From the human T2T-CHM13v2.0 reference genome, Homo sapiens: a DNA stretch of 64,000 nt. The notes beneath the pieces were generated by a model. That model saw only the letters and a program-made list of their open reading frames with translations, made no database searches and was not told the origin of the DNA. How positions within the stretch are numbered: the stretch's first letter is position 1; each line of letters starts with the position of its first letter. Shown here piece by piece: positions 43,060-57,385 of this stretch. The DNA lies in NCBI RefSeq assembly GCF_009914755.1, contig NC_060925.1; one strand, given 5' to 3'. The position numbers and the translations under genes were made by a program.

Positions 43060-44870
43060 AGTACTCATTCTATGCCAGATAGTGTTCTAGGAAGATAGAA
43101 CAGAAAAACAAACAGAAAGCAACATCTTTCTCAGATAAATACATCTTTTCTAACATGGATGGTGGGGGCAGAAGAAAAAAAAAGTACATAACGTGGTACT
43201 AATTCAGGAAACAGGGAAGAAGTATCAGAGAGGGGACTGGAAGATATTTGATTTGTTTTGTTTTGTTTCTTTTATTTTGTTTTGTATTTTCTTTGGAATG
43301 CTCAGGAAAGTCTTAATTGTTAAGATTAAATTTATGCAGGGGCCTTGAAATATGGTAATGAATAATACAGACATATAGAAGAATAATAGACACAAGGGAT
43401 ATCAAATATGAAAATTTTGATACAGGATATTACTTAATGTGTGCAAAAATCAGGAAGATAAGGAAGCTTGAAATGTAATGAGTGTGTGAGGAGCCAGAGC
43501 TGACAGCAGAGAGATGAGTGGCAGTGATTCTGGTTCATGTGCATATGTGTGTGGAGTCTGCAACAAAGTATATTACACAGGGCCTTGTTGGCCACTTTGG
43601 AGTCGTTTGCTTTTATTTTGAAGGAGATTACAAGACATTGATGAATTTTAAGCAAAGGAATAACCATAGGAAATAATTCTGTAGATTATTGCTAATAAAC
43701 TTTTCAGTGTGAAGTCATAAACAATCTTGACAAATACTGTTAGAATTTTGAAGGTAACAAAAGCGTATTGAGATGTATATTAGGCATATATGAAGAAGAA
43801 AATCACGAGAGGAACAAGAGGCAACAAGAACGGATAACTCAAAAGAGTTTAAGTTACTAGAGATGAAAAATACAAAAGCAGTTTGAGAGAATGTGGGTTA
43901 AAGAGAGGTAGTTATTGTTTTTGTTTTTTTGTATATTGCTTTGATTTTTAAGATAAGCATTTATTACAGCCAGTTTAAATGGTGATGTACATACAGAATA
44001 GAGGGGGAAATTGCTGGATTGATGTTATTGACTAGGCAAGAGAAAAATGGATTAATCATATAAATAGAGGTGATCGTGGCTGAAAAGAATGTTGAAAGCT
44101 CTTTCATAGTAACTAGAAGCTAGAAAGAATATATTTGTCAAAATAAAGATAGCTTAGTAAATGTTGGACCATAGAACAGTTTTCTGAAGATTACTCTATT
44201 TTGTTAGTAAAATAGGAAAAAAAAACTGAATAAGGAAAATGGTTGAAAGAGAAGAAAGTGTGAAAGCTCTTCTAGAAAAGAACCATACTGAATGGATTAA
44301 TAACATGTAGTAAGATTGCTAGGTAGTACGAAGTTCCCCTTAAAAGCTAATGGTCATGAATTTAAAGTGAGACTGAACAGCATGCTTGGGTGTTTCTTTC
44401 CCCCTTCATTCAGCTGTATGTGAAGAGGAGAACAGAGAATTGGAATTATACAGTACTAATCTCTGTCTCTAAAGGAAAATAAGAATAAAGAAGAAAAATG
44501 CAACACTACAGGAGCTTAACACAATAAAAGTTTCTTGATGAAAATAAAAAAAATATACACATTGGAATGGTTTTAATGAAGGGCCATTGAATCAAAGCTG
44601 TATAAAGCAGATTGATGGGGATATAATGAGGTTGAAGCATAGATCAATGGGTTTTAGGTCCTGGTAGAGACAAACTTGTTTTCTGAGTGGAGTACACAAG
44701 GAGGTGAGTTGGAAAATTGAAGGTGATTGCTGGAGAATGATATGTTTGATACTAGATAGGGAAGATATTAAAGCCATTACTCAGGGAGTGATAAACTGTG
44801 GTAGTTGCACATAATCAGAGAAGCCAACATGTTGAAAAGATTATGTTATTGTAAGAACAAATAAAAATTA
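43060..44870 (-). mobile_element. L2 remnants
   Basis: ctatgccaga..gtgttctagg 3' motif; purine-rich L2-like body. Confidence 0.55.
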
Positions 44871-44893
44871 AAAATGAGAGGCTTAATTGTCCC

Positions 44894-45554
44894 TGTTGGA
44901 AATAGGAAATGAAACTTCTCCCCCCATCCCTTTTTTTCACATCATTTACTTTAGAAAACTTGTGATTTCTTTGTCTCTTTGAAATGAGTATAAATGTTTT
45001 GGAAACTATATAAGCCTCCTGCCATCTTTATAATCCAGGAATGTCTTTCTCAGGAACCAGGGAGCCATCTCTTTAAAATGTAAACCCCAAGAGAGATAGC
45101 ATCCCTGTCTCCCTGTTTCTGTGGGAGGGTAGGAGCCTAATTTCAGTAGATGCCTTGATCCTGGTTGTAAAACTACATCCTATCATAAAGAGTTGAGATG
45201 TCTGTTTTTCTTGTGTATAAACAAATCAGCAAACACAGATGGCCATCCCAATTACCAGATGAATGTAAGTTCAACTATGTGTGACAAATGGTGCTGTCAA
45301 GTCCTCTTATTTGAGGACTAGTTATTGTTTATCTTGAAAATGTGTGTAATGGGTTGTATATGCTTGACAATATAAATGAATAAATGATAAGATTTCTGTT
45401 TTTGCATTCTCTTAGAGGATTGCCTGTGATGTGTATCACAAACATTCTGGTTTAATAGTTATTCAATAATAAAACTATTTTTCCTACTACCTAGATAGGG
45501 AGGTTTACTGGGCTGAGAGAAGATTTAATTTCTAATTATATTTCCTCATCAACA
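44894..45554 (+). mobile_element. ERV1 solo LTR, MER34/MER39-related
   Basis: catttactttagaaaacttg, ctgtgggagggtaggagcctaa, ttattcaataataaaact motifs. Confidence 0.7.
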
Positions 45555-46514
45555 TCAATATTGACATCATGGAAAATCATAACACTGAGCCATGGTCCTA
45601 GTCTTCCAGGAATGAAAAGTGACCTAGGAGTCTGTAGGTGAGTTCAACCAAAAAGTAGGAAAGAATGCAAATGTGAGCTGAAGTTCAAAGGCATATTGCA
45701 CAAATGTATAGCAAAGCCTACATGTGACAGCAAGACGGGCATTTCCGTGGTCATTATATCAGAATATTTAGAATTCACTGGCTATATCTTTGACTGCATA
45801 GCTTAATTCAGTTAGAAATGCAGAGCTGCATGTTAAGAAATAATGAGTCAAAAAGATTTTGTTACATTACAAATTAAATATCAATAAAACAACAATTCAA
45901 GCAATGTTACAAGCCAGCACATAGTGATTGACAAATGAGTTGTACAGACAATTTGTGCAGTAAGTTCAGAAAAATAAGAGGCCACAAATGAAATGAGTTG
46001 GAAAGAATTTTTTGAATTAATATGTATGGAGTATTCTGTGTATCAAATCAAAAGGATCATGTCTAAACTAGCTATCAAGTAGCACCTACAATGGGATATA
46101 CACCCCATGGGGGCTCAATAAGTGCTAATTATCATAATATCAAAGGGTAAGAGGCACCTCATCTAATCCAGCCCTCAGGCATCAAGCTTAAACCATCCTA
46201 GATAGAAGAGAGCCTGTCTGAGTTTGAAACCGTTTTTTGAGAAATCAATTTATGATTATTTTTGTTTTAAAACTTTCCTTGTTTTAAAATCTAATCCAAT
46301 TTTCAATGCATTTAATTTTATAATATCTGTAGACCATCAAATAATAAAGTTTAGATAAAATAACATTTTCTAATTATTTCTCTTTGATGAATTTCTTCTT
46401 TTTCTTATGCAATCAGTATCAGAATTAAATCTAGACACTGTGCTCAAATAAAGCCCAATTATTTATTCAGCTGTTCATTTATTCACTTATTCCATATGTA
46501 TTTTTTTGTTGAGT

Positions 46515-46980
46515 ACCATATTATTTATTGCTACCTAACAAATTACCTCAAACTAAGTGCTGAAAACAGCACATTATCATCTCACAGTCTCAGAGGGTCA
46601 GGAACCCAGGGACAGCTTAGATAGTTCGACACAGGCTTTCTAAAGGGTCCTCAATCAAGATATTGACTAGGACTGCAGTCATTCTCACACTTAGCCAGGA
46701 GAGGTTCTGCTTCCATGCTCACTCACTTGTATGTTAGTAGGTCTCAAAAATTCCCCTTCTAAGTTCACTCATAGGGCTTCCTTATGGTATATGGTTGTTT
46801 TATTCCAGAAGCATGTAATTCAAGAGAAAGTGAGAGAGAATAACCAAATCAAAAGCCAAGATCTCTTGTATAACTTAATATTAGAAATGACAGCCTATCA
46901 CTTCTGCCATATTTCATTTTTGAGAAAAGAATTGTTAATTCTTTTGACAACTGAAAGTGGCCCACACTCAAGAAGGTAGA
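46515..46980 (-). mobile_element. MLT1 LTR (old)
   Basis: taacaaattacctcaaact.agtg..ttatcatctcacagt motif. Confidence 0.7.
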
Positions 46981-48151
46981 AATCACTGGTAATATTCTGT
47001 GATATACCAATGAAATATACACAGGGATTCTAGTAACTTCACTGTGACATTTTATGGATTAAAGTTACATACATTAAGAGCTCCCTGTGTGTGTGAGGGG
47101 GTTAGCGGGTGGGGTTGTGAAGTAAACTGCTTGATGTAGTAGGTTTCCATAAATGTAAAAGTACAAAGACAAAAATCTAGGGTATTCCAAATTAATAGAA
47201 GTTTTCTTGGTCAATTAGCCAATAAAGATAGATATTGAGGACATGAGAAATGACCAATCTTTAGAAGACAGATTTGAAAGCAATAGTGGTGGGAAATCAC
47301 ATTTATATTTATTTTTTATATATAATAAATTAATCATGACACAAATTATTATAACTTTTAATGGTAAACAATTTCTCTCATGAAAAATAGTAATTTTGAA
47401 AAATGTTCTCAAAAGTTTTTGAAACAGCTTACCCTCAATAACAAAATAGGACTGAAGTGGAACGTTTGTAACTCGTGTGGTTGTTTTTATCATCTGTCTA
47501 CTCAACTAAGTTTTGAATCATCATATTTATTTCTTCATAGAGAAATTAACCCAAACCCAGTCATATTTTCTCTATAGCCAAATTATTATTTCTAAAATCA
47601 AATTATTTTGAATGACTACACCAGTGGAATCAAATAGATTAGCAGAATAAACTCTCTGAAACTCTGGTTTGTTATTAAACAGAATGGATTTTCAATGCCA
47701 TGTAGGAATGCAAATAAAATAAGAAAGCAACGAAAAAGAAGAGCTATACCTTCTCATAGACTATTTATATACAAACCAGGTCAAAACTAGGTGTGATGCT
47801 TAGTATTATAATCAGAATACTTAATTCTTGTAAACTTTAGCTATTGATATTGGGAGCAAATAGTAGTACATAATCTATGTGATTGTTGTAAATATTGAAA
47901 GTAATACTGCATGGGTTATCTCATAACAGTGGCCCGTCACATAGTAAATGGCATAGATGGTCAAAATATAATCTATATTGTTATTGTTGTTAATATTTTA
48001 AAGACAATTTGAATTTGAAGCAATCAGTGTATTTCTACCAAAAAATAGTAAAAACTTGCATGGCTTTGCAAAGTTTATGGAAATGGTCCACCATCAAATG
48101 ATTTAGATCTTGTCCTAAGTTCATTAAATAACAAAGTATAATGAAAAATAG

Positions 48152-48419
<268 letters not shown>

Positions 48420-48885
48420 GACAGATGGAAGGAAGGAAAGAAGAAAGGAAGGAAGGACAAAAGGAAGGAAGGAAGGAGGAAGGAAGGAAGGAAAAAAGGA
48501 AGGAAGGAAAAAAGGAAAAATGGAAGGTAAATTGGCATAATTTCTCCCTTAAATGTTTGAAAGACCTCATTAGACCCTAGGGCTTTTTGTTTTGAAAGGT
48601 TATTAGTTAATGACATTTTGTTTTTAGCACATATAGCCTATTCATAGAATTTATTTTTTCTTGTGTGAGTTTTGGCAGATTATGTCCTTCATCTAGCTTA
48701 CCAAATGTGTGGGCATAGAGTTGCTTATAGTATTCCTTTTTTACTGTTTTAGTGTCATGGGTACAGTGATGTCCCTCATTTGATTTTTGATATTTGTGTT
48801 TATTCTTCCTCTCTCTTCATAGTTAGGCTAGTGGCTTATGTAATTTATCGATCTTTTCATGGAAGTAGCTTTTGTTTTAATTTCA

Positions 48886-48906
48886 GTTTATTTATTTATT
48901 TATTTT

Positions 48907-48937
<31 letters not shown>

Positions 48938-49060
48938 TTTTAGTAGAGATGCGGTTTCACCAGGTTGGCCAGGCTGGTCTCAAACTCCTGGCCTCAAGTA
49001 TCTGCCCACCTAAGCCTCCCAAAGTGCTGGGATTACAGGCATGAGCCACTGTGCCTGGCC
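48886..49060 (-). mobile_element. FLAM_C / Alu left monomer with (TTTA)n tail
   Basis: Monomeric Alu, antisense. Confidence 0.85.
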
Positions 49061-49262
49061 TGGTTTCACTGGTGTTCTCTATTGATTTTTATTTTCAGTT
49101 AATTGGTGTCTGCTCTCTCTTTTTTTTTTCTTCTGCTTACTTTAAATTTAATTTTCTCTTTTTGTCTAGTTTCCTCAGATGGAAGCTGATGGATTTTTTT
49201 TTCTAACAAATGCATCCAATGTTATACATATCCCTCCTAAAACTACTTTCATTGCATGCCAC

Positions 49263-49431
49263 TTTTGTTGTTGTTGTTGTTGAGACAGAGTCTTGCTCTG
49301 TAGCCCAGGCTGGAGTGCAGTGGCGCGATCTCGGCTCACTGCAAGCTCCGCCTCCCGGGTTCACACCATTCTCCTGCTTCAGACTCCTGAGTAGCTGGGA
49401 TTACAGGCGCCTGCCACCATGCTCTCGGCTA

Positions 49432-49499
<68 letters not shown>

Positions 49500-49607
49500 A
49501 TTTTTTAGTAGAGACGGGGTTTCACCGTGTTAGCCAGGATGGTCTCTATCTCCTGACCTCTTGATCTGCCTGCCTCGGCCTCCCAAAGTGCTGGGATTAC
49601 AGGAGTG
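49263..49607 (-). mobile_element. AluY whose middle linker carries (TG)32 (49433-49496)
   Basis: gcaagctccgcc, caccgtgttagccaggatgg diagnostics. Confidence 0.93.
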
Positions 49608-50879
49608 GCATACCACATTTTTGATATATTTTCATTAGTTCAATTTTTTTTTTATTTCTCTTGAGATTTATTTTTTGACCCATATATTAATTAGATTTGT
49701 GTTTCTCCAAGTCTTTGAGAAATTTTCTGGCTATCTTTTGTACTGATCCTAGTGCAATTTCATTGTGATCTGGAAGCAAATGTTGTATAATTTTTATTTT
49801 TTAAATTTGTTTAGATGTGTTTAAGGACTCAGAATATGGTCTAACTTGGTGAATCTTTCATATAAGCTTGAGAAGGATGTGTTTTCCTCTGTTGTTGAAT
49901 AAAATAGGGTATAGATGTCAATTATTCCAGTTTATTGAACGTGGTGTTGAGTTTAGCTATGCCCTTACTGATATTCTGCCTGCCAATTCTTCCCATTTCT
50001 GATAGAGGTGTCTTGACATCCCCAGATATCATAATGGATTCATCTACCTCACCTGGCGGTTCTCAGTTTTTGCCTCACATGCTTTAATGCTCTGCTGTTA
50101 GGTGCATACCTATTAAAGATTGTTGTCAGATTCACACACGTTAAAGATTGTTGTATCTTCTTGAATAATTGACTCTTACTATAATGCATCTCTGTATGCC
50201 TGATATTGTTTCTTGTTCTGATGTTTGCTCCACCTAAAATTAATATAGCTACTCCCATTTTCTTTTGATTAGTGTTAGCATGATTAGTAAATTGATTTCT
50301 TCATCTATTTACTTTTAATCTACATGTGTCTTTACATTTTAAGTGGGTTTCTTACAGATAACATTCAGTTGGGTCATGTTTTTTATCTACTCTAACAATC
50401 TCTGTATTTTAATTGACATATTTAGACCATTGTTCTTCAAGTGCTACTGACACGGTTGGATTAATACCTACCATATTTGTTATGATTTTCTATCTTTTTC
50501 TCTTGTTCTTTGTTCCTGATTTTGTCTTTCATGCTTTTCCTGCCTTTTGTAGTTTTAACTGGGCATTGTATATGATCCTTTTGCTCTTCTTTCTTATCAT
50601 TAGTTATAGTTCTTTAAAATTTTTTTTGTGGTATGCTAGAGTTTGCAATATACATTTACAACTAACCCAAGGCCGCTTTCAAATAACACTATACAACTCT
50701 TTGCACAGTAAGAGTATCTTATAATAACAAAATAACCCTAATTTCCCCTTCCATCCCTGTGTCATTATTGCCATTCATTTCATTTATACATAAGCATATA
50801 TATGTACATAAGCACACATAATTCAATACATTAATTTTAGTGAATGGCACATTTAGTGAATAGCACTAATACCACAATC

Positions 50880-52010
50880 CACCAAGGAATGAAATTTGAA
50901 AAATCAAAATGAAAAGTTTTTCTCTGCAAAAGACCCTAATAAGAGGATAAAAAGACAACCTAGAGACTGGAAGAAATATTTTCTAACCCCATATAGGTCA
51001 ATGGACTCATAATCTAAAATATAAAAAGAACACTTAAAAGTCATCAGCAAAAAAATATAAAAATAATCAATTAGAAAATGGAAATGGAAAAGGACAAGAA
51101 GAGACATTTCGCCAGAGGTATGAATGGGAAATAAGCAAATGAAAAGGGGTTTAACATAATTAGTCAATGGGGAAATATAAAACCAGAAAGAGATATTATA
51201 TGCCCATCAGAATGTCTAAAAAAGAATCATGATTATAATGTCAAATGTTGGCAAGGATGCAGAAAAACTGGATCTCATATATTGCCTGTGGCGATGTAAA
51301 GTGATACAAACACTCTGGAAAACAACTTGTCAGTTTCCTTGAAAAACTGAACATGTACTGGGCTTATCAGCTCAGAATATATTTCAGAGAATTGAAAATT
51401 ATGTCCACAGAAAAACCTGTACACAATTGTTTATAGTAGCAAAAATTGTAATAGCCAGAAGCTGGAAACAATAAAAATATCTCTCAAGAGATGAATAATT
51501 AGACAAATGATGGTATAGTTATACCGTGGAATACTATTCAGCAATAAAAAGAAATGATATATTGGTATATGCAACAATTAGCATAAATGCCAAGGCCATA
51601 TGTGTCCTGAAAAAAGCCAATCTCAAAATATCACTAACTATGATTCTATTGATATGACATCCTCAAAGTGACAACATTATAGGGATGGGAAAAGGAATAG
51701 TTATCAGGGATTGAGGATGAGGAGTGTGAGGTTGTGACTAACAAAGGGATAGTACAGGGAAATCTTTGTGGTGATGCAATGGTTTTATATCTTAATTGAG
51801 GCGGTGGTTATATGAATTTACATATGTGATAAAATGACATGTAGAGCTGTACCTACATGTTGTACCAATGTCAATTTTACAGTTTCAATATATTATAATC
51901 ATATTAAATGTAAACATTGAGGGAACTTGGGTAAAAGATACAGAGGACCTTTTTGTACTATCTTCCCAACTTCCTGTGACTCTATGAATATTTTGAAGTA
52001 TTTTTAAATG
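50880..52010 (+). mobile_element. L1MC/MD-type 3' end
   Basis: ORF2 C-terminal and 3'UTR motifs. Confidence 0.8.
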
Positions 52011-53149
52011 AGTGAAAAATATAAGCATATCTAATTCATCAGTGCTCAAAAATCTTGTCAAAATCTTCCTAAGGAAACCCTTCTAAAGAAAATATAAATA
52101 ATGAAAATGATTCTTCAACTTTTGGGTTATCACACACAAAAAAATTAGGAACTGTAAAAATGTCATATGAATTTTGTATAGTACATTGTGATATTATAGT
52201 ATGTTAACTCAAATTTTATGTGATTGGTTATTTTACAATACAATTTCAGAGGATATTCAAAATGTGCAAGGTCGTACAATATTTCAGGCAAACTACTAGT
52301 CACTTTTATCAGAATAATTTTATTACCTCCATTTTACATGTAACTGAAAAATACAAGATGTGAAATAAATTTTTCTATATCAGAGAGCAAATATGTATGT
52401 CATGATTGGGACGTTTAATGAGGTTTGCTTTACTCTAACACCTCTGTTATTTCCAACATTGTAAATCATAGTTAGACTATTTTGTATTTTATACTCTGTA
52501 GGTAAGTCATTTAGAGTTGCCTAAATATAATAAATTCAGCATCATTTGTAGAAAAAAAAATGGCCATCAATCTTTAAATCCAGAACCTTAACCAATTCTC
52601 ATTTCTTTGCTTTCATTCAAAAAGCAGTTTGTCTGACTTCTGGTAATTTTTCCAGAAACTTAGGTAATATAAAAACAGGACTCTAGGTCTGATTTCTCCT
52701 GGCTACCAGAAGCTACTGGGCTTCACAACACTATGAGTAGATCTCATTACCAGTGGAATCCAACCGTGTTCCAGCCAACTCCTTACAGAGAGATTTAGAT
52801 CTATTTCAGCCCTGGAACAGATGTTGTTTCTCATTCAGGTGAATGTCCAAACAACTTTGCCCCAGAAGCCCAGGATCTTCTTTGTAAGAACTGTAACAAT
52901 TTCTTAACATTTTTTTTTGCTGTCCTCAGTAAAGTTTTCAGAATGTGTACCATGCTAGTTCTCGAAAAACCTCAGGCTGATGGCCACTGCCCTTAAAAAA
53001 TTTACTAACATTCAGTTAGAAATGTAGACCAATACATTTCACCACATATGAGATGTTTGCCTCTGTTGCTGACTGCCAGAAGCAGAAGACCTGTCTCGAG
53101 TACTTGATCACTGATGCAGTCTAAATTTCTTTTGTTTAAGTGTTTTCTT

Positions 53150-56100
53150 TCTCTTTGTAGGCCCATCCAAACTTCTCTTTCTTCTATCTGTTTTTCTGCT
53201 ATTCTCTACAGAATTTCCATTTCATGAGAAACAGTTCCCCACATATTTATTAGCATCCTGAAAGTTCTACAGCAATCTCTCATCATTAACTAGAATCAGA
53301 TTTCCTCTAAGATTATTGTGTCCATAAATCCTCTTGAATGCTCACTCTACCATTCTCTATTTAGTTCAGGAAAAATAAGTGGGAATTGGATTGAATTTTT
53401 TATAAATCTCCACCAGGGCTTTCACTTCATATGAATATGAACCTTTACTATTTGAAAGCTCACAGCATCTAACAGTCTGTCCTGTCAGTCTTCACTCTAT
53501 CTACCAATCTTTCAATGTATTCCCTGTAAACCTTGACGATTAGAATAATCTCTGGCCTCCTTCTCACATGATTTCATCATATGTATTTATGGTTCATGTG
53601 TAAGCCTTGCATAGTTATACATTCTTTTCATATTGTAGTTTTTACTTTCTAGTCTTCCTTTACCACCAGTTTTTATCACTACACACTTGGTGTGGTAATT
53701 ATCCAATCTCTGACCACATATTCTACCTTTCAAGTTAATTTTAATGCCTTTTCAGAAAAATATTTTTTATCCTGCCTTATCAGCATCTTCAGTCTCTTGT
53801 ACACCCCTTTTTTAAAATCAAACAATCAAATGTTTCTTGGATTTAGTAACGTCACTCACTAGCTTAATTCTCATGATCTGTTTTTTAATCCATTCACCAG
53901 TTAATTTCCTTAATAACTTTAGCTCTTGTTTTTTCGTTGCACCAACCCAATAAATATAGTATGGGTGATCAATGCTGATATTTACACATTCAGGTCTGCA
54001 TATGGATCACTCAATGTTAGGGTAGAAATCATTCAAATCAGCTCCATTTACAGATGTGGCCTCCAAGCTGAACAAGATCTCATTACTATTTGGAGGTCTT
54101 TGTGTGTGTCACTGGTCAGCTGCCTTTCACATTCCTTTGTCAGTTCCATCAGAGCTTCACTGATATTTTTAGCTCCCTGCTCTACCATTTTCCTCAGTAG
54201 TCTGGACTGGGATCAGATTTGTTCTAACCTCACTCCTTCATATTTCAGTGGGAGATGTGATTCCTCCCTACTACATTAGAGATAAATATATCTACACATA
54301 TTCTGGTTTACATTTGCTTTAATCTCTTCTGAGAGTTTGATATATCTTCTTTTTTTTGCTCTTTCTGTATCTTCAACTTATCCCTCTTTCTCTTCAGAAT
54401 ATATTTGTGAATTCATTCTCCTTGTCTTTCATATGTTAAGTTCCACGCTACATATTCATTTCACATATTCTTTTAACTAATTTTCTATTGTACTTTTTTT
54501 CCTACCAAACTCCAATCTCACCAAGTTTCAGAAAGAAGACTGCTTTAATTTTCTATCGATTGTCCCTCTTCATTTTCAACTTTAAGCCCTAATCTTTTTC
54601 TTTGTTCATTTCTCCACCTCTTCATTGAAACTATCATTGCAAAAGTCATTAATGGCTTTACAGTGGCTATAGTTGATGAAAACCTTGCTTTATCTTACTC
54701 AACTCCAGCATTAACATAGTTAACTTCTAGTTACTCTTCTTTTGGTTCCTGTAATATCTTCTTATTGGACTGCTCTTTCTTCATCTTATTTATAGATTCC
54801 TCATCTTCTCATCTTTTAAACACTGGCATTCTATAAGCTTCTCATTTTCTGTTCTTTTTACTTTTTAGTCTACAGCCCTCCTGGATAGCGTCATTTCTCT
54901 TCTATAGTTTGAATTATCGCCTATATGCTGATGACTCAAGCATCAATTTTTTCCACTTAAACCTTTCCCTGAAGTACATTTAATATACTTATCAAAAATT
55001 GTATCACCAGACAGCATATTTCAGTAAGTAAGAGAATGGCTCAGGAGACAACTGACTGGGTTCAGTTTCAGCCTTTGCCATTCACAGTTGTGTGTGGTTG
55101 GACAAGTTACTTATCTGTTTCTGAGATATACTTATACAGTTACTTATATATAAATTACTTGTCTGTATCTGTGTCTAAATTTCCTCATTGGTAAAGTGTG
55201 AGTTGAAAAAATACCTCATTAATTCTGTTGTTAAGAGGAGATAGATAGATACACATATACATATACCTCACTAATTCTGTTAAGAGGAGATATGCATATA
55301 CCTATACACACATATCTATACATAGATGTATAGATATGTATATATAATGCATATGTATATAAACACTTAGAATAGTGCCTTTCATGGTAAGCCTGCAATA
55401 AATGTTAGTTCTTACTAATGGTTTTAGAGTAAAAAAAGAGCATTTGGGTTTATATGTCTACTTACTGTAGGCATTTTATGTAGGCAGTGAATTATTACAA
55501 TGGACTCAGTGCACACAGATCTTAAAAGGACTAATATAACATTCTATCAAAGGCCTCCAAATGACTTCTAGAGCAATAAGGTACTGATGCACCAAGGAGT
55601 GACTTCTCTGGGGCTACCACTGAAGCTATGTACGAATCAAGGGCATCTAGAAGCCACCACTGCAGTCACCTCTTAATACTCAAGAAGTTTGAGAAAGGGC
55701 ACTTATCACTACCATCCCCAGATTAGAAAGAAAAGACAGAGAAGATGCTGCCATTGCAGCTCCAGCTGCTTTTGGACATATAGCAAAATGGAAAATAGGC
55801 TCTGGAAAACATTTTAAGAGAAACCTCACATTTCCATGACTGATTATCTGTAGAAATAGACCAAATGAGTCAGAAAAGTGACTTTCATCTCATTCTTGCC
55901 TTTCCAATTTCACACAAGTGCATCTAATGGGTAAAATCAAATTCCCAGCCAAAACCCTAACTTCAAGGGAATTTTAGCAATGTTCCATTTAGGTTTCCAA
56001 TCTCTCCAGTAGAAGGACCACGAAATGAAATTGAATGAGTAAATCTACAGTAATCCTTGCTGGGTGTCTTAGTCTGTGCATTTTGCCATAAGAAAATACA

Positions 56101-57385
56101 ATATATTGGGTAACTTAAACAACAGAAATTTATTTCTCATGTTCTGGAGGCTAGGAAGTTCAAATCAGCTATTAAGACAACAGCTGACTTGGTTCTGTGG
56201 TGAGAGCTCTCTTCTTGTCTTGCAGAGGGCTGCCTTCTCACTTTGTGCTCATATGGGTTTTCCTGAGTGTGTGCTGGTGGACAGACAATGAGGAAGCAAG
56301 GTCTCTGATGTCTAATCTTCTAAGGACACTAACCCCATCATGAGGGTCCCTCAACTAAACCTCAACTAGATTACCTCCCAGAAGCCTCATCTCCAAATGC
56401 CATCATATTAGGGGTTAGGGCTTCAACATATGGATTCTGACAGGTCCAATTCATCCTATATCATAGGGCCATCTCCACCTAAGTGTTCCACATGTATTTT
56501 AGAGTCAATTTTTTCATAACCATCTTCTTCCATTCCACAAATCTGCTCCATTTCATTGGATTCATCGAGTTTCATTTAGTGACTTGTCTTTTATGTAATT
56601 CTTCCATCCCTTAAAAATGATAAAGTTCAATTGAAATTATCTCTTTACATCTGTGGTCTTGAAATCAGTGCCACCGTCTTCTATGGGGCTTTCCAATATC
56701 TTACTTATACTGTTGACATGGCCTATAAATTTTTCTTTATCATTTTCATTTAGTTCTCTCCTAGTCTGTTTTCTATACATTGGACTGATTTATATTTCAA
56801 AACAACACAACCCTAATTATGTCCCTATTCTTTAAAAATCTTCTCAAGGCTCTTCATTGCCTTCAGCAAAGGAGTTCAATTTCCTGGTATGACATAGTGC
56901 ACCCCTATGACCTGATGAAGACCAGTACCTGCAGCCTCTTTTCTCGCTACTATTCCTTCATGATCCCTGAAGCAGGCCTATTGAGCTATTTAAAGTGACA
57001 AATCAGTACTTTCATGAATACATCTCTGTATTTATGAAATAAACACGAGTGGAATATTCTTGCTTCCCATCCTTCTTCATCTCAGACCTCTTCATCTCAG
57101 ACTTTCTTCCCATCCCTCTTCCTCTCAGACTTTCCCACCTCTAGCAAGTCTTCTAGCTAATGCATAACATATTATCTGTCAAGACTAGGTAACACTCCTA
57201 TGTTCTGTCTGCACATCACTATTTTACCACTTACCATATTGTACATAATTCTTTGCCTTTATTTATATCCCCACTAAACTACAGGCTCTCTGTACCTTTT
57301 ACCTCTAGCTCTCTAGTGACCAATACAAAGGTTAGAACATAGTGAGTGATTAATAAATGCCTGTGTCAAAAATGTTGTTGAATAA
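53150..57385 (+). mobile_element. Long L2 remnant interrupted by MIR (~55040-55420), old MLT1 (~55470-56060) and MLT1A
   Basis: ctatatgctgatgactc (YADD-like) at ~54920; 3' end acatagt..aataaatg..ttgttgaataaa. Confidence 0.65.
56065..56463 (-). mobile_element. MLT1A-like solo LTR
   Basis: tgtcttagtc...aacaacagaaatttatttctca..gttctggaggct; gggggttagggcttcaacatat. Confidence 0.85.

Larger units (their letters stand above)
48530..50830 (-). mobile_element. L1MC/MD-type ORF2 5' region, antisense
   Basis: ORF 50049-50258 resembles L1 endonuclease (GVAILI..., YAPN). Confidence 0.8.

Noticed and set aside
48530-52010. One ancient twin-primed L1M
   Set aside because: Large gap in L1 coordinates between the two parts and no TSD found.
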